From Candidatus Micrarchaeota archaeon (GTDB lineage: Archaea > Micrarchaeota > Micrarchaeia > Anstonellales > Bilamarchaeaceae), in the NCBI GenBank assembly GCA_043821365.1, contig JBDRCX010000006.1, forward strand, positions 1-64,000: a stretch of DNA of 64,000 nucleotides. The letters run 5' to 3'. The translations under genes and the position numbers were made by a program. The notes under the pieces were generated by a model that worked only from the letters and a program-made list of their open reading frames with translations, had not been told where the DNA came from and made no database searches. Of this stretch, positions 36,570 to 45,803 are shown in pieces. Position 1 is the first letter of the stretch; every line of letters starts with the position of its first letter.

Positions 36570-37121
36570 ATGGAAATGGGAAAAACTATTTATATAACTA
36601 AAAGAGAGGACTGGCGTTCTTGGCTGAAGAAAAATTATAACAGGGAAAAAGAGATATGGTTGATATATTACAAAAAAACATCAGGCAAACCAAGAATAGA
36701 TTATAATGACGCCGTGGAAGAGGCATTGTGTTACGGATGGATTGATAGTATAGTTAAGAGAGTAGATGACGAAAGATTTGCACAGAGATTTACACCCAGG
36801 AGAACTGGAAGTCCCATATCTGAAATGAATAAGGAACGGGTCAGGAGATTGATAAAAAAGAGACTTATGACTAAGATAGGACTTGGGGCAATTTCATTTG
36901 ACAGAAGGGAGAAATTCACAATTTCCCCGGATATTTTGAAGGCGTTGCAATCAAATGAACTGATATGGAAAAATTTTCAGAGGTTTTCCTTGGGATACAA
37001 AAGAGTTCGCATAGGTTATATCGAACACGCTAGAGACCATAGTAAGAAAATGTTTAATAGTAGATTAAATAATTTTATCAAAAAAACAGCCAAAAATAAA
37101 AAATTCGGACATATTAAATAA
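36570..37121 (+). CDS. YdeI/OmpD-associated family protein
   Basis: WRSWLKKN, EALCYGWIDS, RFTPRR..S..S..NK.RV, DILKAL. Confidence 0.88.
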   Translation: MEMGKTIYITKREDWRSWLKKNYNREKEIWLIYYKKTSGKPRIDYNDAVEEALCYGWIDSIVKRVDDERFAQRFTPRRTGSPISEMNKERVRRLIKKRLMTKIGLGAISFDRREKFTISPDILKALQSNELIWKNFQRFSLGYKRVRIGYIEHARDHSKKMFNSRLNNFIKKTAKNKKFGHIK

Positions 37122-37126
37122 AAAAA

Positions 37127-37241
37127 TAGCGGGGGGTAGATTTGAACTACCGGTCCCTGGGTTATGAGCTTCACCCCTAATATTCTTTAAATAAAATGGA
37201 ATATCAGGTCCAGTGGGAACTCCAAGCTTCCCTACCCCGCT
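37127..37241 (-). tRNA. Initiator tRNA-Met(CAT) with 40-nt non-canonical intron at 30/31 (37170-37209)
   Basis: A1:U72 acceptor AGCGGGG/CCCCGCT; spliced anticodon arm CTGGG-CTCATAA-CCCAG with three G-C pairs; bulge-helix-bulge CACT/GGTG with bulges GG|A and AA|G. Confidence 0.92.
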
Positions 37242-37298
37242 TTTTGGAGTTGACTTAACCCAGTAGAAATAGATGATAGGCTAGTATTTATAACTATA

Positions 37299-37944
37299 TC
37301 ATAAATTATCAGAAGATGGATTTAGAAAAGAATCTGCAATTTTTTGATTTCTAGGATTAGAGAACTTTATAATTTTGGTCCATTTTTTTAATTTAGGAAT
37401 GCCTGCAAGACAAACTCTTACTTTGCTCTTTCCCAGTCTGTTTATTTGAGGACCCAACCCATGTTTTGAAAGTATGGAAATCAATTGATTTTGCATAGGG
37501 GAAGGGCTAATTTTCATCTCTAACCTAGGATACCGCGTACCATTATTATTAACACAGGAAATGCATCCGTCTGTGTCAAAATACCCCCTTACAATTAAGA
37601 TACTAAGGTCATGAGTCATAAAACGAAGAGGTATAATTGCTCGATTCCATTTTGGTGCTAGAACCAGACCGAGATTGAGTAAATAATCTAGATATTGTTT
37701 ACCAAATAGAAAGATATCCAGAGCCCCTACATTTTTTTCTAAATCTTATTTTAGGATCTTTACCAAAAATAATTTTGATGAGGCTAGCCACATATTTAGA
37801 ATATTCTTTATCCTTAACAGAATTGAGTGTAATTTTAATCCGATATTGTGTCTTTATTCTACCATTAACAGTAGATTTGTAAATTCCGATATTTCCATCT
37901 CCGAGCAATATACCAACAAACTCGGCAAGTTCTTCATCCCCCAT
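37299..37944 (-). pseudogene. Two-motif LAGLIDADG homing endonuclease gene split by one frameshift
   Basis: Motif 1 LAEFVGILLGDGNI and motif 2 IVRGYFDTDG. Deleting one base of the A7 run (37732-37738) gives one 214-aa ORF. Confidence 0.85.
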
Positions 37945-37985
37945 AAAAAGAAAAACAAAAATTAATTAATAAATAAAACTAGGCC

Positions 37986-38411
37986 TTATTTCCGCGGCTT
38001 GGCCTTTTCCTTTTCCATCTTCTTTACAAGCCTATGGACAACTGCCCTCTTTAATTGGTCTTCTGCCTTTGCATGTTCATCGATCTTGCCTTTATGATAG
38101 TAGAAACCTGCCAAAAACATCAGAAGAGAGATCATTACAAAGAAAATTGGAAGACCATAATAGAGAAATGGTAAAATAATCACATTAAGATCTGCATTAA
38201 GATGAGTAAGGTCTGGAGGTAACAGAATGCCACATTCTTGTAGATTCGAAATCCCGTTTTTATTTAAAAAGTCAATTATTGCATTTAGCATGGAATTTAC
38301 ATAATCAGACGATAGATAGACAAAAACAAATATCAATAAAATAGTCAATAAAACAAACATATAGCTCATTGATTTGTATTTGCTCATCCCAACACCAACA
38401 ATACTATTCAT
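37986..38411 (-). CDS. Hypothetical membrane protein
   Basis: Two hydrophobic helices and a basic tail. Confidence 0.65.
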   Translation of the reverse strand: MNSIVGVGMSKYKSMSYMFVLLTILLIFVFVYLSSDYVNSMLNAIIDFLNKNGISNLQECGILLPPDLTHLNADLNVIILPFLYYGLPIFFVMISLLMFLAGFYYHKGKIDEHAKAEDQLKRAVVHRLVKKMEKEKAKPRK

Positions 38412-39102
38412 TTAAAGTAAAATAAATCCTTCGGTTTGATTTTCCCTTGTTTTCCATCTTTAAAATTGAGATTTTTCCAACTTCTTTTAGATTTTTCACG
38501 TGAGTTCCGCCATCAGCTTGAATATCAATTCCTGGAATTTCAACAATACGTAAGACTGATATGGATGGTGGAAGAGCTGCTGCTAGTTTAACAACACCTT
38601 CAATTTTCATGGCACCTTCACGAGGAAGAGAATAGATTTTGAGTTCAATGTCCTTCAGAAGTTCCTGGTTGGCTTTTTCAACTACTTTTTCAAATGCAGT
38701 TCGATCAAATTCATCCATCGTAAAATCAAATCTGGTTTTATCCTCTTCAAGTTGATTTCCACTAATGAGAACTCCGAGTTCTTTATACATTAGAGCACCC
38801 AGAACATGAGCTGCGGTATGCATCCTCATTAATTTATATCGCCTTGACCAATCAAGAACGCAATTTACTTTAGTTCCTTCTGTTAGGCTGTGTGTGTCGG
38901 TTTCAAGTTCATGAATAGTTTTGCTCTCTTTTTTCATTACAGTAGTGACTTTGAAATCATTTATTTTACCAGTATCTGATGGTTGGCCCCCTCCACGAGG
39001 ATAAAAAATAGTTTGATCCAGTACGATTTCTTTGCCATTAACCGATTCAACAGTAGCCTGGCACTCCTTTAGGTAGCTATCTTCAAGATAAAGGGTTTTC
39101 AT
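38404..39102 (-). CDS. alaXM: Alanyl-tRNA editing protein AlaX-M
   Basis: LYLEDSY, FYPRGGGQPSDTG, RMHTAAH, RFDF, DGGTHV. Start placed at MKTLY. Confidence 0.93.
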   Translation of the reverse strand: MKTLYLEDSYLKECQATVESVNGKEIVLDQTIFYPRGGGQPSDTGKINDFKVTTVMKKESKTIHELETDTHSLTEGTKVNCVLDWSRRYKLMRMHTAAHVLGALMYKELGVLISGNQLEEDKTRFDFTMDEFDRTAFEKVVEKANQELLKDIELKIYSLPREGAMKIEGVVKLAAALPPSISVLRIVEIPGIDIQADGGTHVKNLKEVGKISILKMENKGKSNRRIYFTLNE

Positions 39103-39139
39103 AATGTTTTTAAATAAGAGAAAGGAATTATAGATAGGG

Positions 39140-39418
39140 ATGTTTATGGCAGACGAAGAAGGACCAATTAGGATGAAAAGGCCAGAAGAGAGACAGCCAA
39201 GTGATAGACTAGCAGCTATACCAAGAGTTGTGGTGCCAGTTGGAGATGCAGTTAGAGCATCTGTTGAAGCTTCAAAAGGTGAAGACTCAAAAAGACGGGC
39301 AGGTGAAATGGTGGTCGTATCAACATTCCAAGGGTTTAGAGATGCTATAGAAAAAAACGGGGACTTCAATACAAAAAGACTGTTCCAAAATTCTGAACTT
39401 AATCGTCTTCTGAGTTGA
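39140..39418 (+). CDS. Hypothetical protein
   Basis: 92-aa ORF, first gene of a tightly packed plus-strand run. Confidence 0.55.
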   Translation: MFMADEEGPIRMKRPEERQPSDRLAAIPRVVVPVGDAVRASVEASKGEDSKRRAGEMVVVSTFQGFRDAIEKNGDFNTKRLFQNSELNRLLS

Positions 39419-39422
39419 TCAT

Positions 39423-39647
39423 ATGATAGAAGATTTATTCAAAAACTCTAAGGTTAAGTATGCATACGATAAAAAACAAAAAATTTATAGCGTGCTTGTT
39501 ATGTTGGATGGACGTCCAAGAATATTGACAGTACGTGCCGGTGAGAACTTCACTGAGTTATCACTTTCTGACAAAGATGGTAATTTGTTAGAAATACTTA
39601 GACAGGAAGAGGGTAAAGGAGTAACCATGCACAAGATGATGAAATGA
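39423..39647 (+). CDS. Hypothetical protein
   Basis: 74-aa ORF with ATGA coupling to rpiA. Confidence 0.6.
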   Translation: MIEDLFKNSKVKYAYDKKQKIYSVLVMLDGRPRILTVRAGENFTELSLSDKDGNLLEILRQEEGKGVTMHKMMK

Positions 39648-40297
39648 GTAAATCCAAAATAAATGCTGCAAACGCAGCACTTGAGTATGTAAAGAGCGGA
39701 ATGTGCATAGGTTTGGGGAGTGGAAGCACTACAAAAGAATTCATCAAATTACTTGGGGAAAGAGTAAGAAAAGGACTAAAGATAACATGCGTAACTACTT
39801 CTTTTGACTCAAGAATGCTTGCTATTGAAAATGGTATATTCGTCACAGAAACAGATGCAATAGACGAGATAGATCTTACTGTTGATGGTGCGGATACAGT
39901 TATCAAAACTGCACTTCTCAAAGGAGGAGGCGGAGCACTTACACGAGAAAAGATAATAGGTTACAATGCAAAAAAATTCATAATAATCGTAGATGAGAGC
40001 AAAGTTCAGACTGGTACACTGGAAGGTGAAGTAAATCTTGAAGTTTTGCCATTTGCTGCTCCTTTGGTTATGCGACAATTGAAAAAGTATAATCCAAGAA
40101 TACGGATGGCCAAATCAAAACTTGGGCCAGTTATTAGTGATAATGGTAGTTTTATTATTGATTGTGATATGAAAATCGAAGATCCCAAAAAAATGGAAAG
40201 CTGGCTGAAAAGCATTCCAGGAATCATTGAAAACGGAATATTCACAAAATTCGATATGATAATAGTTGGAAATGAAAAGGGGCATAGAATCCTCTAA
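39644..40297 (+). CDS. rpiA: Ribose-5-phosphate isomerase A
   Basis: IGLGSGST, DGAD, KGGGGALTREK, DESK, SDNG, IPGIIENGIF. Confidence 0.96.
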   Translation: MSKSKINAANAALEYVKSGMCIGLGSGSTTKEFIKLLGERVRKGLKITCVTTSFDSRMLAIENGIFVTETDAIDEIDLTVDGADTVIKTALLKGGGGALTREKIIGYNAKKFIIIVDESKVQTGTLEGEVNLEVLPFAAPLVMRQLKKYNPRIRMAKSKLGPVISDNGSFIIDCDMKIEDPKKMESWLKSIPGIIENGIFTKFDMIIVGNEKGHRIL

Positions 40298-40305
40298 GGG
40301 AGCAT

Positions 40306-40824
40306 ATGGAGATTCCAGAAAAAATAAAAAATGAATTAAAAAAACCGCTTGGGCAACTAATTACTTTAGAAGAGATAAAAAAAACAGAAGCAAAAAGAAT
40401 AATATCTGTTGGGGATGTTTGTACACTCAATTTGATATTTGTTGGGATTACCCCACATCTTGCTGTTTTCGATCATTTATACATGAGACGAAAACTTGAA
40501 GCAGATGCAATTGCCAAATTAAAATCAAAATTCGCCAATCCTAAAAAATACAAAAACCAGCCAGGAACCATTTCAGAAGAACTAATTAATGATGCGGAAA
40601 AAATATTGGAAGAGGGCGGCGCAGTGTTAATAGAAGGGGAAGAAGACCTCACAGCATTGGCTTTCATACTTGTAGCAAATGAAAATGACATAATAGTTTA
40701 TGGTCAACCAAATGAAGGAATGGTAATGGTAATTCCTGATAAAGAGATAAAGAATAAAATAAAAAATTGGTTAGCCACCGCGGCCCTTGGCCATGAAGTA
40801 AAGGGCGATGAAAGCAAAGACTGA
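40306..40824 (+). CDS. GTP-dependent dephospho-CoA kinase (DUF359)
   Basis: LKKPLG, SVGDVCT, VFD, NQPGTIS, IEGEEDL, YGQPNEGMV. Confidence 0.88.
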   Translation: MEIPEKIKNELKKPLGQLITLEEIKKTEAKRIISVGDVCTLNLIFVGITPHLAVFDHLYMRRKLEADAIAKLKSKFANPKKYKNQPGTISEELINDAEKILEEGGAVLIEGEEDLTALAFILVANENDIIVYGQPNEGMVMVIPDKEIKNKIKNWLATAALGHEVKGDESKD

Positions 40825-40956
40825 GACAACAATTGCTATAATTATCTGAGTCTGTTGGTCTAATTTAATTAATTGAGAAGAGAAGTAGGTCATCCCAACT
40901 CCAATAACTATTGACCCAACCAGAAGTAAAAAATTGCCAAATGCGCTGCTTCCCAT
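40771..40956 (-). CDS. Small two-helix membrane protein
   Basis: 61 aa with two hydrophobic helices; same strand as, and close to, the PRC-barrel gene. Confidence 0.55.
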   Translation of the reverse strand: MGSSAFGNFLLLVGSIVIGVGMTYFSSQLIKLDQQTQIIIAIVVSVFAFIALYFMAKGRGG

Positions 40957-40966
40957 AATGACTCCT

Positions 40967-41224
40967 TTAATCAGATTTGTGTGAAGCTGACAGACCCTTT
41001 GTTACAACAATAACATCTTCGACTGATTTTACATTTTTATAAAGAATGCTTTTTTCACGAAGAGCTTTTCTTGCATCATCTTTTCCAAGTGGTAATGATT
41101 CAATTAATATCCTTGATACTTCCCCACCTTCAAGATCAACAATGAAGTCCTGTGCATTGCCAATGAACTTACCAGAGTCCGTAAAAATATCCATACCATA
41201 TAGTCTTGATAGCTTTGTGCTCAT
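40967..41224 (-). CDS. PRC-barrel domain protein
   Basis: LSRLYGMDIFTDSGKFIG...DFIVD...G, SVEDVIVV. Confidence 0.85.
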   Translation of the reverse strand: MSTKLSRLYGMDIFTDSGKFIGNAQDFIVDLEGGEVSRILIESLPLGKDDARKALREKSILYKNVKSVEDVIVVTKGLSASHKSD

Positions 41225-41288
41225 CAGATCACCTTGCACAATTAATCGTGAAACTAATTAAAAAACCTTTCTCTCCCTAAATACGACG

Positions 41289-41873
41289 ATGAAAAGCGAA
41301 TACATAGTTTATGGAGTATTTATTTTGTTTTTTTTGTTACTTATGGGGGCAACTTTTATTGTTCCTTTTATGGCATTTGACCAGGATATGGATTCTGCAT
41401 ATACTGCATTTGCATATACTTGCCACCAAAAACTTTCACGATCTCATTGTTTGTTTAAAGATGATCAAAATTTTTGGATAGCAGATTGCACTATACAAGA
41501 TGGAAGTTTTGTAAACACAAAACAAGATAGAACAACAATAATGGTACAAGATGGAGACGCGATAGGTTACAAAATACCAATTTGTTCGAGAGATGTTGGG
41601 ATATACGGTGCATTGTTAATTGGTGGAATAGCTTATCCTTTTGTTCGCAAACTAGATGAACGACACATCTACCCAGCCATATACCTAATCCTAGCTCTGA
41701 TCCCACTTGGACTTGATGGTAGCGTACAATTACTATCAGAAATAGGGATACTACCATTCCTATATGAAAGTACAAATTTGATAAGATTATTCACTGGAGT
41801 AGTTGCTGGGTTTGTTTCCTCGTTTTATGCAATCCCAGTATTGATGAATATGTTTGGTGGAATAAAAAAATAA
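41289..41873 (+). CDS. DUF2085-like membrane protein
   Basis: CHQKLSRS, PICSRDVGIY, PLGLDG..Q, TNLIRLFTG. Confidence 0.82.
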   Translation: MKSEYIVYGVFILFFLLLMGATFIVPFMAFDQDMDSAYTAFAYTCHQKLSRSHCLFKDDQNFWIADCTIQDGSFVNTKQDRTTIMVQDGDAIGYKIPICSRDVGIYGALLIGGIAYPFVRKLDERHIYPAIYLILALIPLGLDGSVQLLSEIGILPFLYESTNLIRLFTGVVAGFVSSFYAIPVLMNMFGGIKK

Positions 41874-41874
41874 A

Positions 41875-43116
41875 TTAAAAATCAGACAAGCTTTTTTGCT
41901 TTCTATCAATTTTATTTTTTATTTGTTGTGAATCATCCAATATTAGCTGGCCAAAAACACCATCATAACCAGGAACCCAACTAACTTTACCCTCTTGGAC
42001 ACGAATAATTGAACTTGCAATATCTGTAGTAGTTGCCAAACGAATTTGTTCTGCAGATGCTTCATAAACAGAAAACTCACTGCCAAAATAACGAATTAAT
42101 TTGGAATATTCATCTAAAACTAATCTGGATGTTTCTGGTTTCTTCAATGTTTTCGATATGACAATTGATAGTGGGACTACATATTTGAAAGGGATATGAT
42201 CAGATGGTTTGTACCCTAATCTTCGATCTGCAAGATCAGTTACACGATGAAGAACACCGAGTGTGAGTTTCTTTTTGCAAACAGGACAGATATTTCCATG
42301 TTCTTTTGATTCAAGTGGTGAGTAAGTAATATTGCAATTACGATGACCATCATAGTGGTATTTGCCTTCTTCTGGATAGAATTCATAGGTATGAGTAAAA
42401 TTTTTTCTTGTTTTTATGGCATTGATAATATTTTCATAAGTCAATTCTTCAAGATCAAAAACATTTGCTTCACGACCAAGTTTTTCCAAACTGTGCGCAT
42501 CACTATTGGATAATAGTGAAATACCATCCAGATTACTCAGCATCCAATTCATAGATGGATCTGAACTGAGTCCTGTTTCCAATGCAAATATTCTATCAGT
42601 TTTATCCTCAAATGCATCCTTGAGCCTATCAACACCAGTCGAAGAACCAAAAACACCAAAATAAGGAGTCCATGCATGTGCTGGAAAAATAACAAACTTT
42701 TTTGATATTTCTTCACATTGCTCAATAAGTTCAGCAGATGACATCTTAAGCATCGGTCGACCATCAGCAACCAGACTTCCAAAAGACTTCAATCTATCAT
42801 TTAATTGCTCTGCCTCACTCAATCCAGGTGCAAGTACAACATTGTGTATACGAAGGGAATGTTCTGGTGTTTTATAAAATAACGCAAGCTCTGTAGATAG
42901 GATAAAATGAACTCCGTCGTAAGGAAACAATCCATGTTCTTCTTTTTTTAAGTGTGTTTTGAGCTCATTAAAATAAGAAGGATGAGTAAAATCACCAGTG
43001 GCCATTACACTTATGCCTTTGATCTTTGCCCCTTGTGCAAGACCAGGAACATCACATTTTGGACTGGTTGCACGAGCATATTTGCTATGAACATGAAGAT
43101 CAGCAATAATTCGCAT
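41875..43116 (-). CDS. Endonuclease Q family (PHP-domain) protein
   Basis: ADLHVHSKYARATS, GDFTHP, PAHAWTP, ETGLSSD, SNSDAHS, LGREAN, GKYHYDGHRNC, CPVC, PGYDGVFG. Confidence 0.9.
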   Translation of the reverse strand: MRIIADLHVHSKYARATSPKCDVPGLAQGAKIKGISVMATGDFTHPSYFNELKTHLKKEEHGLFPYDGVHFILSTELALFYKTPEHSLRIHNVVLAPGLSEAEQLNDRLKSFGSLVADGRPMLKMSSAELIEQCEEISKKFVIFPAHAWTPYFGVFGSSTGVDRLKDAFEDKTDRIFALETGLSSDPSMNWMLSNLDGISLLSNSDAHSLEKLGREANVFDLEELTYENIINAIKTRKNFTHTYEFYPEEGKYHYDGHRNCNITYSPLESKEHGNICPVCKKKLTLGVLHRVTDLADRRLGYKPSDHIPFKYVVPLSIVISKTLKKPETSRLVLDEYSKLIRYFGSEFSVYEASAEQIRLATTTDIASSIIRVQEGKVSWVPGYDGVFGQLILDDSQQIKNKIDRKQKSLSDF

Positions 43117-43169
43117 TAAAATTGATAAGGCGGAGCAAATTAAAAAACAGATATTACAATAGGTTGTGT

Positions 43170-43898
43170 ATGCGCGGGAAAAAAACATTTGAAAAAATAA
43201 AAAAACAGATTGAATCTTTTTCTCCATTTGTAAAAAGCTGGGAAAGTGCAAAGGCACTGTTTACGCCAAAGAAGATTGATAGCACATTAAAAGAATCAAT
43301 AAAACTAGCTGATATGAATTTGGCAATAAAAATATTTATTCTAGCGTCCATAATTGCCACATTCTTAACCTTACTTGGATTGGTCGAAATAATTTATCTT
43401 CTGAATTTTACTTCTGAAACAATGACAGATGTATTTGGAGTTGAGCAGCAGATGATGACATTGGAGGATATCATACCACTTGCCATATTCCATATCATCA
43501 CTGGAATACCCCTTGCATTATTCATGAATATTGGTGGCGAATTCCTTGCTTATAAGATAGCAAAAATAAGCGGTGGAAAAGGAACTCTTGCTCAGCACCT
43601 ATACCTTATTTCAGTTATAACATTGGCACTCGCAATGTTGAATGTAATTGCATTGGCATTACCAATACCATGTATACAAATAATTGCATGGATAATAAAT
43701 ATAGTAGGAATGATCTACCTATGGGGATACGTAGCAAGCAAAGCATATTCAGAAGCACATAATATAACTTTTGTACATTCATTGACCATTATCATAATAG
43801 TATCAATCATAAGATTTGCAATTATGATAACAGTAATAAATTGGTTGACTGGTGCATTGAATTTAACAGAAATATTAGATTACCAAATTGGTGTGTGA
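43170..43898 (+). CDS. Yip1-like membrane protein
   Basis: Five hydrophobic helices; AKISGGKG loop. Confidence 0.6.
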   Translation: MRGKKTFEKIKKQIESFSPFVKSWESAKALFTPKKIDSTLKESIKLADMNLAIKIFILASIIATFLTLLGLVEIIYLLNFTSETMTDVFGVEQQMMTLEDIIPLAIFHIITGIPLALFMNIGGEFLAYKIAKISGGKGTLAQHLYLISVITLALAMLNVIALALPIPCIQIIAWIINIVGMIYLWGYVASKAYSEAHNITFVHSLTIIIIVSIIRFAIMITVINWLTGALNLTEILDYQIGV

Positions 43899-43899
43899 T

Positions 43900-44859
43900 A
43901 TGGGATTTCATCCGAAAAAATTCATTTTAGAAGCAGAAAACAGCATAAAACAAACAATAGGAAAAGAACATGCAATAACTGCTCTTTCAGGTGGTGTTGA
44001 TTCATTTGTTGCCGCAACTCTTGCATCAAGAGCTTTACCTGGCCAGATCCACGCATTTTATGTTGACAATGGGTTAATGAGAAAAAATGAAACAGAAAAG
44101 GTTATGGCAATTGCAAAATCACTTGGAGTTGAACTTACTGTAATAGATGCAAAAAAACGATTTTTAGATGCACTTAAGGGAATTGATGAACCAGAAAACA
44201 AACGTAAGGTGATTGGTGAAACTTTTGTAAGAATTTTCGAAGAAGAAGCAAAGAAAAAGAACAATATAACTTTTCTTATCCAAGGCACTATTGCACCAGA
44301 CTGGATTGAAAGTGGTGGAATGGGAAGGGATACGATAAAAAGCCACCATAATGTCGGTGGATTACCAGAAAAGATGCACCTGAAGCTTTGTGAACCATTA
44401 CGAGAATTGTATAAGCATGAAGTACGTGAAGTAGGCAAAGAACTTGAACTTCCAGAAATAGTACACCAAAGGCAGCCATTTCCAGGCCCAGGTCTTGCAG
44501 TTCGTGTAGTTGGGGAGATTACTGAAGAAAAAGTGAAGATAGTGCAGGATGCATGCGAGATTGTAGAAACAGAACTTGACAATGCAGTCGAAGCAAAGGA
44601 AATTGACAAACCATGGCAGTATTTTGCTGCACTTCTTCCATCAAAAACAGTTGGGGTCAGAGGAGACGAAAGAGCTTACCAGTATACCGTTATTGTTAGA
44701 TCAGTAAGAAGCCTTGATGGTATGACTGCAAACTTTTCGCATATACCAATGGATATACTTGAAAAAATTTCAACTAGAATAACAAATGAAATAAGATCAG
44801 TTGGTAGAGTGGTTTATGATATAACGAATAAACCGCCAGGAACAGTAGAGATGGAATAA
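43900..44859 (+). CDS. guaA: GMP synthase subunit B (ATP pyrophosphatase)
   Basis: ALSGGVDS, DNGLMRKNE, KRKVIG, QGTIAPD, IKSHHNVGG, PFPGPGLAVR, YDITNKPPGTVE. Confidence 0.95.
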   Translation: MGFHPKKFILEAENSIKQTIGKEHAITALSGGVDSFVAATLASRALPGQIHAFYVDNGLMRKNETEKVMAIAKSLGVELTVIDAKKRFLDALKGIDEPENKRKVIGETFVRIFEEEAKKKNNITFLIQGTIAPDWIESGGMGRDTIKSHHNVGGLPEKMHLKLCEPLRELYKHEVREVGKELELPEIVHQRQPFPGPGLAVRVVGEITEEKVKIVQDACEIVETELDNAVEAKEIDKPWQYFAALLPSKTVGVRGDERAYQYTVIVRSVRSLDGMTANFSHIPMDILEKISTRITNEIRSVGRVVYDITNKPPGTVEME

Positions 44860-45108
44860 TTAGACACGTTCCATTAAAGCAGCAAAGCGTCTGCTAATAG
44901 GATTTGCAGGATTATCGTATTTTTCTTTGTTTGTAAGAGCACGGGTACTTATATCTGCCCTTGCAACTGTTGTATGTATCTCTCTCGAACGAACATCTGC
45001 AGCCCTTGAAAGAACATCGATACTAGAATGAGGTTCAGATTCTGTTTTTCTGGCAACTGGAGAAACGATTATTGTTGGTTTTTTACGTTCTTTATATGCT
45101 TCAGCCAT
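44860..45108 (-). CDS. Hypothetical protein
   Basis: 82-aa ORF abutting the guaA stop codon. Confidence 0.5.
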   Translation of the reverse strand: MAEAYKERKKPTIIVSPVARKTESEPHSSIDVLSRAADVRSREIHTTVARADISTRALTNKEKYDNPANPISRRFAALMERV

Positions 45109-45184
45109 GTTCCCACATTTTTACATTCTTTACAATAAAGCAATGTATAAAACCATTTAAAAGGTTACCTCTAAAGGAATAGTA

Positions 45185-45691
45185 ATGGCAGAATTCGACG
45201 AAGCACGTAATTTATTAAGCCAGCAAAAATACAAGGAAGCTGCCTTGATGCTTGACAGAACTATGCCTAATAATAAAAATAAAGACGAGTTTTGGTATCT
45301 TCGCGGAGTTGTATCATTAAAATTAAAAAATTATGATGCAGCACAAGAATTTTTTGATCGTGCATTGGCAGTTGAAAAAAAATCAAAATATTATCAGATA
45401 AAGGGAATGGCATATTTTGAACTTTTTGAGATTGACGAGGCAGTTGATGCATTTCTCAGTGCACTTGCACTTGAACCAGATAATGCAACAATAAACTTTT
45501 TCCTATCAATAAGTTACTTGTTCTTAGATGATCCAAGATCAGAGCAATACATAAGAAAAGCATATACAGCTGATATGAAAAAAACAAGACAGCTACTTCT
45601 TAATTTTTACACTGTATTTTTGAAAAATGATAGAAGCTTAACAGATGTACAAAAAAGAAAAATAGAAGAAAAAATAAGAGGAAAGAATTAG
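45185..45691 (+). CDS. TPR-repeat protein
   Basis: WYLRGVV..KLKNYDAA...FDRAL; KG.AYF....IDEA...F..AL.LEP. Confidence 0.88.
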   Translation: MAEFDEARNLLSQQKYKEAALMLDRTMPNNKNKDEFWYLRGVVSLKLKNYDAAQEFFDRALAVEKKSKYYQIKGMAYFELFEIDEAVDAFLSALALEPDNATINFFLSISYLFLDDPRSEQYIRKAYTADMKKTRQLLLNFYTVFLKNDRSLTDVQKRKIEEKIRGKN

Positions 45692-45803
45692 CTGAATTTT
45701 TTCTTTAGGTTGAAAATTCGGAAGAATTTTTGACCTTGAAAAATTCAGACGAAATTTTTCTTCAGGTTGAAAATCTAGCAGGGTTTTCGACTATAGAGAA
45801 AGT

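Noticed and set aside
1493-39102. Clustering of translation genes (hisS, alaS, glyS, cysS, alaXM)
   Set aside because: They are scattered over 38 kb on both strands, which is expected in a small genome.
39103-39369. N-terminal extension of AlaX (and of CysS at 32576-32770)
   Set aside because: The extensions are antisense to neighbouring genes; family homology starts at the downstream ATG.
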